This document shows, in pieces, positions 35,165 through 48,054 of a DNA stretch of 64,000 nt; position 1 is the first letter of the stretch, and each line of letters opens with the position of its first letter. Under the pieces are notes generated by a model. It was not told the origin of the DNA, did not search any database, and worked only from the letters and a program-made list of their open reading frames with translations. The stretch lies in assembly GCF_036365525.1 (NCBI RefSeq), contig NC_090378.1:124047593-124111592 (forward strand), read 5' to 3'. Position numbers and translations under genes: made by a program. This DNA is from Heterodontus francisci (Eukaryota).

Positions 35165-35450
35165 GATGTGTCTCTGACTCCCAGGTAAGTGTCAGCCTCG
35201 ATCCTCGCTCCCGATTTATAGTCTCCTATTCCGGGCTGTTTCCTCACAGATCCAATGTCTCTCTGATTCCCAGGTAAGTGTCAGCCTCGATCCTCGGTCC
35301 TGATTTATAGTCTCCTATTCCGGGCTGTTTCCTCACAGATCCAATGTCTCTCTGACTCCCAGGTAAGTGTGGGCCTCGAGCCTCAGTCCCGATTTATAGT
35401 CTCTCACCCTGGGCTGTTTCCTCGCAGATCCAATGCCTCTCTAACTCCCA
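35165..35450. repeat. 89-bp tandem repeat, ~3.2 copies, at the 5' end of the CR1
   Basis: ccaggtaagtg recurs at 35181, 35270 and 35359. Confidence 0.9.
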
Positions 35451-37360
35451 TGGGTGGTAGTTGTCTGGGCTGGCTGGCTGGCAGCAAGGACACTGGCGAA
35501 GTGACAGTAGTGGGAGGATGAATGCTGTCAGCCTGAGAGAGGACAACAAGTTTGTTCTCCATGAGGCCACTGCCACTCCCCTGGGGTGGTGCCTCAGCAA
35601 TCTCTGTAATGTGTTGCTGGACAGATTGTTGGGCTGCTGTGACACCATGCAAGCACCGTTCAACACTAGTATCCCCAGCCATGATAGAATCAGTCTGCTC
35701 GTGTGTGACAGCAAGCTGACGTTGCATAACTTGACTCCGATCTTCCACTGCAGCACCCAGAGGTTGGGAGGCTGCAACTTGTGCTGCAATAGAAACTGAG
35801 ATATCGACAATCAGATGCCACAAGGGTCATGGTTTGGTCCACAAACGTGCCAATGAAGTTGGCTACCACTTCCACACTGGAAAACATGGGCTCCAAACTC
35901 TGTGCAAAGCCCTGTGCCAAGTTGGTTCTGGGCTCCTCCATGATCCTTGACATGGACAGTAGGATTTCTGTCAAGCCTGCTAATACACCAAGTATTTCAG
36001 TATCTATCAGTGTTCTTCTGTAGGCCACACCATAGAAGTCCTCATCTGAATACTCTGCAGCAGAACACATGTGCAGCCATGCCCTCCAGCAAGTTGACAC
36101 CTGTGCTACCCTTGTCCACTGCTTTTCTGCAAGCCACTCATGCCCAGCATCTCACCACATGCAAACCCACCTCTCAGATATTCTCTAAAGTACATGTAAT
36201 GTTAATATCTGAGCTGACAGCTGCAAGTGAGATCGCAAGATGCCGTTTCTCTTCACCACTATCTTCCTCCTCTTCCATCTCTTGCTCTTTCACCACTGCC
36301 TGATCAGGTTGCAGTCCGTGAGTATCTGAAAGGAGAAAGGCACAAGGGTCGTGTTGTGGTGAGTGCAGGGGGAAAGCAAGAGGTGCATGTTTACAGCATC
36401 TGTACTTTGTAAATCTGAAGGGATTGTGGGATGAGGAGGAAGTGGGACGTGAGAAGGAGGATTCGGTATGAGCATGCCGTCACCTTCCATGGTTTCAGCC
36501 CCACCTCTGGCCTCAGTCGTGGCTGCTCCAATGATGGTGAACACTGGCTCCTCCATGGGGGTAAGGCAATTCTGCTGGATCTGTTCCCCACCGGTTAGCT
36601 GCAGCTACTTTCGGTTATCCTCCATCTTGTTCTGCAAGGGAGAGGCAAATGTGTCAGAGAGTGTGTTCCAATGTGTTTGGGTGATGTGGTTGTTATGGTT
36701 GAATAGCTGGCAGTGAATGCAAGCAATGAGATGTGGGTATGAGGTTTGCAGTAGTGCTAAGTGTGTGAGGGTGAGGTGAAACTATGCATATTAGATATGA
36801 GTCATGATTGATAGTGACTGTTGGTAGCTAGGTGATGGGGTGGGGTACACACAGCAGTGTATGAAGCTAATGGTGCAGTTGGTAGGAGATAACATTTGAA
36901 GATATATTCCCTGACCTTGACCACTTGTGTGAGGTCATTGAATTCTTGAGGCACTGCATCCAGGTTGTTAGGGCTGGATTCCTGGCATTAACCACAATAG
37001 CGACCCGGTCCCAGTGCCTTCTCATCATTGGTCTGGAGTGTCACCTGACCCCCTATGGATAGATAACACCTCTCCTCCTCTCCACCTCCTGCAGCTAGGC
37101 CTCCAGCGCAGCATCAGAAAATCTTGCACCCTGCTCTATGTCATATTGTACCATTCTTGTGTCTTTTCCACTTCAAAATCACTTTTAGAAAGACTTTCAG
37201 CTCCTGCTCCAGCCAACACATGCCTCCCCTTTAAGAGGTGTAGCCAGGCTTTAAGTAGTGCAGATAGTTTTAACTCATCCTTGCCGCTCATGTTTCTGTC
37301 CTCTGCTCAGGTGTGCAGCCACTCAACAGTACAGTTAGCATTGGCTGCAAGCTACAATCA
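35450..37360 (-). mobile_element. Harbinger Myb/SANT-gene relic with intron remnants
   Basis: TWMQCLKN/FNDLTQVVK near 36915-36965; TPMEEPVFTIIGAATT exon-like segment; convergent with the transposase at 29165-30070. Confidence 0.7.
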
Positions 37361-37364
37361 TTTC

Positions 37365-39395
37365 AATTATCAAGCAGCCTTTTTGATTATTTTCTGCTCT
37401 TGCTCGTGGCATTTTAAAGATCTATGCACCTGAACTCCCAAGTCTCTTTGGACATCCACTGTACTTAACCTCTTCCCATTTAGAAGATCTATCATTTTTT
37501 GGTCCAAAATGGATAACCTCACACTTGCCCGCATTGAAATCCATCTGTCACAGTTTTGCCCATTCACCTAGTTTGTCAATATCTCCTTGTAATTTTATGC
37601 TATCATCTAGACTGTCTACAATGTCACCTAACTGTGTATCATCAGCAAATTTGGATATAATACTTACGATGCCATCATCCAAGTCGTGAATGAATAATGT
37701 GAATAATTTGAGGCCCCAACACAGATCGCTGTGGGACACCACTAGTCACATCCTACCAATCAGAGTGCTTACCCATTATCCCCACTCTCTGTCGCCTACC
37801 ACTCAACCAACTTCCTCACCATCAGACATGAATCTTATTTAATAAGGCCATAAAAAAGAAAAAAAAACACGTGTTCATATCTAAAAGGACAGAATTGAGA
37901 AGCAGTGACATTAAGTTCAACTTGTATAGAGCCTTGGTGAGAGCACACTTGGAGTACTGTGAATAGTTATGACCTTCACATAAAGAAAAAGATATTGACG
38001 TACTAGAAAAGGTGTAAAAAAGATTTGGAAGGATGTTACTGGCTCTGGGTGGTTATACCTATCAGGAAACATTGAACAGGCTGGAGCTATTTTCTCAGGA
38101 AAAGAGAAGGCTTTGGGTAACCTGAGAGAGGCCTTTCAGGTAATGAAATATAATAGGGTAAATGTAGAGAAGATATTTCCCCTTGCAGGGAGAACAGAAC
38201 TAGAGGACAAAATGTATAAGATCACCACTAATAAATTCAATAGGGAATTCAGGAGAAAATTCTAGACTCAGAGATGGTTAGAATGTGGAACTCAACAACA
38301 ACAACAACTACAGCGCCTTTAATGTAATAAAACATCCCAAGGTACTTCACAGGAACATTATAAAACAAAATATGACATCGAGCCACAAAGGTGATCTGAG
38401 GTCAGATGAGCAAAAGTTTTAAGGAGCGTCACAAAGGAGGAAAGCAAGGTAGAGGGGCAGAGACAAGTAGGGAGGGAATTCCAGAGATTGCAGCTGAGGC
38501 AACTGAAGGTATGGCCACCAATGGTGGAGCCATTAAAATCGGGGATACAGAAGAGGCCAGAATTAGAGGAATGCAGGGATCTTGGAGGGTTACGGAGTTG
38601 GAGGGGATTGCAGAGATATGGAGGGGCAGGGCCATGCAGGGATTTGAAAACAAGGATGAGATTTTAAAAATTAAGACGTTGCTTGACCAGGAGCCAATGT
38701 AGATCAGCGAGCAAAAGGGGGATGGGGGACAACACTTGGTGCATGTTAAGACATGGGCAGAAGAGTTGTGGATCACCTCAAGTTTACAGAGAGGAGACTA
38801 TGAGACAGCAGCCAGGAGTGTTTTGGAATAGTCACACCTAGAGGTAACGAAGACATGAATGAGGTTTCAGCAGCAGATGAGCTGAGACAGGGGCGAAGGT
38901 GTTATGGAAATAGAAATAGCTGGTCTTAGTGATAGCAGGAATATGAGGTCAGAAGCTCATCTCGGGGTCAAATGTGGCAAGCAGGCTGGTTTGCAAGGGG
39001 ATTGGAGTACAGGAATAATGAAGTCTTAGTAAAATTGTACAGGGCTTTGATGAGACCACACCTGGAATACTGTGTGTAGTTTTCACATTTAAAAAAGAAT
39101 ATACTTGCACTGGAGGCGATGCAGTGAAGATTTACTAAATTGGTCCATGGAATGAGGGGGTTGTCCTATAATGAGGGGTGAATAAATCGGGCCTATATTC
39201 TATGGAGTTTAGAAGAATCAGAGGCGATCTAATTGAGACATACAAGATTCTGAAAGGGCTTGAAAGAGTAGAAGCTGAGATTCTTTCCGTTGGTCGGGAA
39301 ATCTAGAAAGCAGGGTCAGTCACAGGATAAGGGGCCAATCATTCAGGACTGAGATGAGGAGAAATTACTACACTCAAAGGGTTATGAATCTTTGG
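37365..39395. mobile_element. Cluster of LINE fragments: CR1 (-) 37365-37820, CR1 (+) 37830-38295, L2-like 3' end (-) 38295-38990, CR1 (+) 38995-39395
   Basis: SKFADDTQL, HLEYC motifs; L2-like HVLTCTKCCPPSP with an (aac)n tail. Confidence 0.8.
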
Positions 39396-39889
39396 AAAGG
39401 TCACAGACCTGAAATGTTAATTCTGTTTCTCTCTCCACAGATGTTGCCTGACCTGCTGAGCATTTCCAGCATTTTCTGTTTTTATTTCAGATTTCCAGCA
39501 CCTGCAGTATTTTGCTATTCTGATTTTTTTAAGTGTTCTGCTTCCACGTTCCTCATAATAGATTCTAGTATTTTCCCATGATCTGACACTAGAACATCTT
39601 AATTTGGGGGAAATTCTGCTCAAAGAGTTTGTCCTACACTCCCATTTCTACATCTCTTGTCACAAATACTTTGAGTGACTGTGGTGCAGTGGATGCTTTA
39701 TTAGGAACAAACAGCTACTCAGTCCAAATATGGCTGCCAAGGGCTGTGAATTTGCCTTTTCCTTCTAGTCCGGGCCTTAAATTCCCACCACCCACCTTAA
39801 CTTGCCACATGCAGGTGGCAGGTCTAATGTAGGCGCAAGAACCAGGGCATCATCACAACTGAAGTGTTATGTAACCTGTCCTCACATGA

Positions 39890-41745
39890 AAACCATGACA
39901 ACACAGAAGCTGCAGGGCTGTATAAAACATAGCAAATTGATACAAACTGTGTATATGTGACTGCAACAGCAAAGAGGGAAGAGGTAAAGCCAAGTGTGTT
40001 AAAAACTTCCAAATCTTTGAAAATCACCTATTTGAAAGAAATCCAAAAGAAGCCAACCAAACAGAATCTGATTTCAATCAATGGGCTGTGGAATGAGTAT
40101 AAAATGGACATCTAAGTAGATTTATTCACAGCTCTCCTTGAAGAGATCACTGAGAAAAGTGAAAATTCTCAGCAGAATATATCAAATACAATCCATCATG
40201 TAGAGGAGGGGATCATTTCAACTGAAGACCATGAGCGACAGAGAGCCATGCAGACCACCTTCGAGCTTCTGAAAGTTTACTGGCAGAAACTCAACGTCAG
40301 TAATGGTGCATCTGGAAATATTATGGGGACTCTAATTGGACGATTGATGCTGTGCTGTGCAGACAGTTCGCTACCTGTGTGACAGATGGCCCTGGTCTCT
40401 GTGTACACCATCCTGTCCATTCAGTTATAATATGAAGGTACCGATCTGGATCAGTAACAGGAGCAGCTAGAGGATCTGAACACACTCAGAGAACAGTTAG
40501 ACAACAATGACCTTTCAGTCCTCTTGCAAAAATGCCATCAGATCGCAAAGGTAATTTCCAAGAATTTTCCCCATAACCAGCTGTGCAACTTGCTCCTCAT
40601 GGTCTTTAAAGGACTGTCTGACCAACACCCCAGCTGTTCCTTTGCAGCCGCTGTGCTCGTAAAAATCATGATTAAAGGTGAGGCAGTGATCCACGGGACC
40701 AAGTCTCAGAAATACTAGACATGCTGAGGGTTGAATTGGAGTCAGTTCCTTATGAAGATGTAAAACGTTCAGTTCTATGTAGTTTCACCATTTTGGCCTG
40801 GCACAATATACCAGCGGTTGTGTCCCATCTCCTCATCTTCCCAATCCCATCGGAGAAATTTGTCAGAGACGTGCGGACATCAGTGGCCGAAGACACAAAA
40901 TGTGCAGTCAGGACTATCAAGGAGCTGGTGTACACACTTGGGAAAAGAACCTGCCCCATCAGTGGGACAGAAAAACATATTCAACCGCTGTATCACTGGC
41001 TGCCGTCTGAGTGAGATTATCACTAAGCCTGAGTTGGCAAAGGTGGTGAATACTTCATTGAGAACTGCTTAAAGCTCCACTGGTTTCAGGGTCGCAGCTC
41101 ACAGACACCATGGTAAATGGTTTGATAAGGTATTTTCGGTATGTCTCTCCTGTTACCCAGTAGCTGTGTGTCTGGGTCCTGAGAAATATTAACTTTGGAG
41201 CTAAAAGTCAGTTGTGGAGCGTGATGGACACAATGATTAGCCTGTTGGGGAATGAGCAGAACTCGGAGTTGCTAACGCATGTGGTGCTGTCCTACCCGAG
41301 TAAGACATAATCCAGTCAATGGCAAACACCATCCAGCTCTTTGTGGATCCAGTCCTTACCAGAATTCAGCCACTCTTTGGGGCAGAGTCTGAGAAAGTGC
41401 GGGTGGAAGCAGTCAACATATTGGTGAACTTGACCAAGTGCGGAATTGGATGGTCCACGTCTTTCTTCTCCCAGCAGGTCCATTCCAACCTGGTGCACTT
41501 GTTGTTGCACTTGGATGGAAAGAGTGAGATCACCTGATCTTGCAGTTTAACACTGTGGATGATCTTACCACTTATTGGATCTGCGAAGCATTCCTCTTTA
41601 ATTGAAAGATATCTACAGGAACCCAACTGGAGTTACATGGACTTCCTCAGACACATCTCATGCCAGTTGGTTCAAGATTTCCCAACGGGTGAATTCCTAT
41701 GCCATGGATTGTGAATCATTTTTCAATGATGACCAGGAGCAGCAC
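39890..41745 (+). pseudogene. MROH1: Intronless MROH1-like (maestro HEAT-like repeat) pseudogene, copy 1
   Basis: HERQRAMQTT...GTLIGRLMLCCAD...QMALVSVYTILSIQL*YEG...LLQKCHQIAKVISKNFPHNQLCNLLLMVFKGLSD matches remembered MROH1 (HERARAL..GLLIGLFSPRCAD..QEAVDCVYSLLYLQLGYEG..LFHTCHSVGQIIAKRLPPDQLISLLLTMFEALGD); multiple stops; ~385-bp deletion at ~41054. Family is firm, exact paralogue less so. Confidence 0.85.
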
Positions 41746-41760
41746 CGAGATCATGCAAAG

Positions 41761-42024
41761 TAGAGGTGTGCAAAGGAAACCTGACCCAAGTCTGAATGCT
41801 GGACCTGGAAGCTCGACCTGACCCGACCTGAACCCGACACATGCCGTCGGATCCCGTCGGGGTCAGGTCGGGTCGCAGGCTTTTACCCATGTACTGATGT
41901 AAAGGCCTGCCACACAACCCGACCCCAACGGGTCCCGACGACATATGCCCGGTTCGGGTCGGATGGGGTCGGACTTCTGGGTCTGGAATTTGGGTTCACG
42001 TCGGGTTTCCTTTGCACACCTCTA
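41761..42024. mobile_element. hAT-type MITE, 264 bp
   Basis: 25-bp TIR TAGAGGTGTGCAAAGGAAACC(T/C)GAC; diverged 8-bp TSD atgcaaag/acgtaaag; inverted ACCCGA subterminal repeats; empty site in copy 2 (~52244). Confidence 0.9.
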
Positions 42025-43374
42025 ACGTAAAGACTTTTTCAACTTTCCTCCTGAGGCAGCCAGCATGTTACCGCCTCAGCCGGTGGGTCACCTGGTGGAA
42101 GAACTGCTGATGTCAAGTACCAGAATAAAGCCTAAAGAGATCCAGGCCCCGATCCTCCTCCACTTCTTCTTACCATCAAACTGATCCTCCTTTCAACATG
42201 ATTTGTACATTTGTAAATTATTGTAAATAAATAAATATTTTGTTGCAATAAATATTCTGTTGTGCCATTGTAATTATTGGTGGATCTTCATACAGTGCAG
42301 TTTCTCCTGATGAACACACACTCACTCACACACAGACACCAGACATTGCAACTCACATCATTTTATCGTAAGTGACACCCTCACTCACGATCTTACAAAT
42401 GGGCTCTAAAAATCAGCCTTTTTGACAGACATTGAAATACCGAGCTTTTCTGGTCTGCTACGTTCTGTCCTGCCCCCAATGGATCATGTGACCAGAAAGG
42501 CTTCATCATCGGTGTGAAGCCTCCTGCAGATACATGGGGAACAGGCCACAGACTTGTCAGTACTAAATGCAAGACAAAGATTGCAGTTGATAGTTTGACT
42601 GTGGCCGTGTGAGTGACTGGGAGTCAGAGAGAGGCAGCGGGCTGGGATTTGGTGCTTTGTGAACAGGGATCTACTGGATCCCTAGTGTTTAAACACAACA
42701 TTGGTGTCGAATCTCTTTCGGAGGAATCAGTTTGCAGCTTTCTCTGGAGCATGAGACTCAATGGCCAGATGACAATCTAATTAGGTTTGATATAAAAACT
42801 GAAAAGGAAAGAGGACAATCTGTGATAAATGTTCGTTACTGGGGCCAATTTCAATCAGTTAAAAAGAGAAGCAGCCCAGATCGATTGGAAAGAAAAGATG
42901 GCAAATAAGTCAGTGCAGAAATCAGGGGAAATGATTAAACTGGAGATGATTGGGGAACAAACTTCACAGAACAACATTTACAACTGATAAGAGAGACTGA
43001 GCAATAACACAGAGAGAAATATATTGATAAACAACATACAGACAGGTAAAATCAAACACTTAGAAACAAAAAAAACACATATACAAAAAGTATTTACAAA
43101 TAACACACAGATATAAGTACATTGATAATAATACACTTACTTTTGTTTATCCGGACTATTCTGATTGATCAGTTAAAGGGGGGCTTCTGTTGCTGGGTGA
43201 TGCCTGTCGCACACAGAGGCACATGGGACACGCAGAGGATTGGAGTACGTGATGTACGTAGGTTGTCAACGGTTGGTGGCTGCAGCAATGGCAGGCTGGG
43301 GTTTGGGGAGAACAAAAACATTGGAAGGTAAGGGGAGCACAACAAAGTTACCCTGGCTGGAGAGATTGTTTCCA

Positions 43375-43570
43375 TAAAGGATGGGATGGGATGGGATTGA
43401 TGGGAATGGCATGAGAGGGATGGAAGGAAAGGAATGAGGGTGGCATGGGATGGAAATAGCATGGGAGGCATGGAAGGAATGGGATGGCATGAGAGGGAAG
43501 GCATGGGAAGGATGTAATGGCATGGGATTGGTATGGCATGAGATGGAGGGAATGGCATGGGGTGTGGTTG
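43375..43570. repeat. Purine-rich (GGGAT/GGCAT/GGAAT)n degenerate microsatellite
   Basis: gggatgggatgggatt...ggcatgggatgg pattern. Confidence 0.85.
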
Positions 43571-43689
43571 AGATGGTGGAATTGATTAAGAATAGCAAAA
43601 TGGAAGGGAATTATTATTATTATTCGAAAGCTATTCTCGTGCTAAAAATGAAGCTTCACTAGATTTGAATAAAAGAGTTTTGGAAAAGC

Positions 43690-44440
43690 TGCCATGATGG
43701 GGAAGCCATGTTGGATCATCCACTCAGCTCTTCTGGTTGAAGATGGTTACAATTGCTTCAGTCATCTTCAGCCTTGTCTTTTGTACTCTCATGCTAGGCT
43801 CTGCCATCATTCAGGATACGAATGTTCTCGGAGCCTCCTCCTCCTGTTGTTTAATTGTCAACCACTATTCACGACTGAATTCATTGATTGTGAATTCCTT
43901 TGCTGTCTAAAGCATGCTGCTCCCACTGTTCAGTTCTGTGCTGCAGCTTCACAAGTTACAACTCATTTTCAGGTACACCTGGTGTTCCTCCTAGCATATT
44001 CTTCTACACTCCTCATTGAACCAGGTTTGGTCTCCTGGCTTGATGGTAAAGGTAGAGTGAGGGATATGCTGGGCCATGAGTTTATAGATTGTGCTGTTGG
44101 CTCTGAGCACTTCATGGATGCCCAGTTTTGAGCTGCTAGATCTGTTCTGATTATATCCCATTGAGCACATTGATAGCACTACATAACACAATGGAGGATA
44201 TCGTCAATTAAAGGGTGGGACTTTGACTCCACAAGGACTGTGTGCTGGTCACTCCTACTAATGCTGTTATGGACACATACAACTACGACAGGTAGACTGA
44301 TGATGACGAGGTCAAGTAGGCTTTTGCTTCACGGTGTTCTCATCACCTGGAAAAGCTCAGGCTTGCAATCATATCCTTTAGAACTTAGCCAGCAATGCTG
44401 CTACCAAGCCACTCTTTGTCATGGACATTGGTACTTTCCT
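43690..44440 (-). mobile_element. Old CR1-group LINE fragment
   Basis: QHIPHSTFTIKPGDQTWFNEECRR on the minus strand. Confidence 0.7.
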
Positions 44441-44969
44441 CTGATTAAGCTGGGAGGATTCATTCTCCAAAAGAAGTGGTGTTATGGGATATTTAACACG
44501 GACCCCTCTGTTCCATCTCAAAGATGTAAATTAATGTTGTTACCAGCACCTGCTTCTAAAAATTAGGCCTGTTGCCCAATGTTATTTGCCCCACTTCTTC
44601 ACTGCTGTCTCCTCCTACTAAGGACCACCTGAACTTCGGGCCTTGAAGCTCCGAGCTCTACAATCCAAGAAACTGCATTCATGAAAATCAGTTTCAGGAT
44701 GCTTAAAATTATAGTTTTTGTATCTTCACACTTTTCCTTTTGAAGTAATGCGTGGTAGGATAATGCTTTACAGGCTGATTTATCATCCACTAGGCTGCAA
44801 CAGGAACACGTTTTATGACTGTAACCATCTTTACACCAGTTAGTTGGGTGGTAAATCCAATATGGCAGGAGGGTTAGGCACATCCATCTGACATGAAAAA
44901 CCCTCTGGATAATCAACCCAGAGCCTGAGCTCTGATCTCTATTCATGCATACAGTCCACAGGACTGAGA

Positions 44970-47030
44970 CAAGTGAGGGTTGAAATCATGCAGGCACTGG
45001 CCATAGTTTTTCAGTCTTCCTTAGACTCGGGCGTGGTGCCAGAGGACTGGAGAATTGCAAACGTTTCACACCCTCGTTCAAAAAGGGGTGCAAAGATAAG
45101 CCCGTCAACTATAGGCCAGTCAGTTTCACTGAGTTTTTTTGAGGAGGAAACAGAAAGGGTTGATGAGGGCAATGCAGTTGATGTGGTGTACCTGGACTTT
45201 CAAAAGGAGTTTGAGACAGTACCACACAACAGACTTGTGAGCAAAGTTATAGCTTATGGATTAAAAGGGACGGTAGCAACACCAATACGGAATTGGTTGA
45301 GTGACAGGAAACAGAGTCGTGATTAATGGATGCTTTATCGGCTAGAAGAAGGTTTGAAGTGTTGGGACCTGGACCTTTATGTACAGGGCAAAAATTCAAA
45401 GTCTGCAGACAATATGAAACTATGAAGCATTGTGAAGTGTGAGGAGGATAGTGTAGAACTTCAAAAGGACACAGACAAGTTGGTGGAATGCGCGGACAGG
45501 TAGCAGATGAAGTTCAAAGCAGAGAAATGTGACGTGATTCATTTTTAGAATTAGAATTAGAACATTACAGCGCAGTACAGGCCCTTCGGCCCTCGATGTT
45601 GCGCCGACCTGTGAAACCATCTGACCTACACTATTCCATTTTCATCCATATGTCTATCCAATGTCCACTTAAATGCCCTTAAAGTTGGCGAGTCTACTAC
45701 TGTTGCAGGCAGGGCGTTCCACGCCCCTACTACTCTCTGAGTAAAGAAACTACCTCTAACATCTGTCCTATATCTATCACCCCTCAACCTAAAGCTATGT
45801 CCCCTCCTGTTTGCCATCACCATCCGAGGAAAAAGACTCTCACTATCCACCCTATCTAACCCTCTGATTATCTTATATGTCTCTATTAAGTCACCTCTCC
45901 TCCTCCTTCTCTCCAACGAAAACAACCTCAAGTCCCTCAGCCTTTCCTCGTAAGACCTTCCCTCCATACCAGGCAACATCCTAGTAAATCTCCTCTGCAC
46001 CCTTTCCAAAGCTTCCACATCCTTCCTATAATGCGGTGACCAGAACTGCACGCAATACTCCAGGTGCGGTCTCACCAGAGTTTTGTACAGCTGCAGCATG
46101 ACCTCGTGGCTCCGAAACTCGATCCCCCTACTAATAAAAGCTAACACACCATATGCCTTCTTAACAGCCCTATTAACCTGGGTAGCAACTTTCAGGGATT
46201 TATGTACCTGGACACCAAGATCTCTCTGTTCACCTACACTACCAAGAATCTTCCCATTAGCCCAGTACTCTGCATTCCTGTTACTCCTTCCAAAGTGAAT
46301 CACCTCATACTTTTCCGCATTAAACTCCATTTGCCATCTCTCAGCCCAGCTCTGCAGCCTATCTATGTCCCTCTGTACCCTACAACATCCTTCGGCACTA
46401 TCCACAACTCCACCGACCTTAGTGTCATCCGCAAATTTACTAACCCACCCTTCTACACCCTCTTCCAGGTCATTTATAAAAATGACAAACAGCAGTGGCC
46501 CCACAACAGATCCTTGCGGTACACCACTAGTAACTAAACTCCAGGATGAACAGTTGCCATCAACAACCACCCTCTGTCTTCTTTCAGCTAGCCAATTTCT
46601 GATCCAAAGCTCTAAATCACCTTCAACCCCATACATCTGTATTTTCTGCAATAGCCTACCGTGGGGAACCTTATCAAACGCCTTACTGAAATCCATAGAC
46701 ACCACATCCACTGCTTTACCCTCATCCACCTGTTTGGTCACCTTCTCGAAAAACTCAATAAGGTTTGTGAGGCACGACCTACCCTTCACAAAACCGTGCT
46801 GACTATCGCTAATGAACTTATTCTTTTCAAGATGATTATAAATCCTGTCTCTTATAACCTTTTCCAACATTTTACCCACAACCGAAGTAAGGCTCACAGG
46901 TCTATAATTACCAGGGCTGTCTCTACTCCCCTTCTTGAACAAGGGGACATTTTGGTAGGAAGAGCATGGAGACACAATATAAACTAAAGTGTATAATTCT
47001 AAAGGGGATGCAGGAGCAGATGGAAAGGTC
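44970..47030 (+). mobile_element. Old CR1 RT fragment, host of the younger CR1 insertion
   Basis: QSSLDSGVVPEDWRIANV, VDVVYLDFQK; continues after 46953 (cattttggtagg). Confidence 0.85.
45546..46947 (-). mobile_element. Young 5'-truncated CR1 LINE with an uninterrupted RT frame
   Basis: About 440 codons without a stop (VPLFKKG...FADDTK...HMDENGIV); (TTCTAA)n tail; 6-bp TSD catttt (45540-45545, 46948-46953). Confidence 0.97.
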
Positions 47031-48054
47031 CTCCTCAAAATCTGCCTCATTCGTTAGGTCACCAACACTATTATCTCCTTCCTTGGCTCAGTGTAAATTG
47101 TTGACTGATTACACTTCTGTGAAGTAGCTTGGGATGTTTTTTCCAACATTAAAAGCACCATATGAATGCATTATTGTTGTTTTTGTCATCGTCCTCATTA
47201 TGATTCCTCCCTCAACAAATACGATCAAAAACTAAGGGAATGGATCATTCACCACACTGTCTGACATTGGTGGGGAAGATTAGCTGCAATTCGTTTACGT
47301 AACAGCAGCCACTGTTTCAATGTGATCTCGACTGGTTTCAATTACCTGAGGGGGTCGGAGAACAATGGTTTTCTGCCTCTTCCAGCAAGTTAAATAACTG
47401 TGGAGTGGTCTCAAAGCATCTAGCCATGATGGACCAGGTTTGGGGTAGGCTTGATGGACCAGCTGGTCCTTTCCTGTCCGTCAATTTTGTATGTTCATAT
47501 GTACTCCAGAAGTGATGTGCTTTGAGATCTTTCACTGACATGATAAGCAACCAGATACATCTTATGTAAAGGTGAAGGAGGTTTATGGTGGACTGTCTGG
47601 CACTCAATGTCAGTTTTATTGGTGTCTTGGAGATCCTTGTGTAGCATCACCTTCTGTATGAAATAGCTTCAGTGATGTCATCCCCTCACTTCCTGGAATG
47701 GCTCTACAGTAAAGATCAGGATGTCGTGAGTTCACTCTGACCTTCCAGCTACTAGACTCCAGGAATTCATGCTGCAAGCAGGGCAATCTGCATCCACAGT
47801 CAGCAGGGTGGCCTCCAGATCAATCTGGAGTTTAGACCACCCGTCTCCTCCAACTTTGACCATGCAACTGACTCCTTGGGCTGGATTTTATTTCTACAAT
47901 GGAAGTCTGGGCAACAGGTCAGAAAGTGGGAGGGACAATCCTGCCTCGGCCCTTTATCAGACCCCCATCCGAATTCAACTGGGCATTTAATTAACCTGCT
48001 GGCCAACTTGGAGTTTTGAATTGTGCTCACAGGACAGTTTGGCCAAACTGCTGC

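Larger units (their letters stand above)
39397..42587 (+). repeat. Segmental duplication copy 1 (paralogue of 49508-53105)
   Basis: Colinear similarity from the shared Penelope-like fragment to cagtactaaat..acaaagattgcag. Confidence 0.95.

Noticed and set aside
43169-43662. Pro/Ser/His-rich and Trp/Gly-rich ORFs
   Set aside because: Translations of the GGGAT/GGCAT microsatellite.
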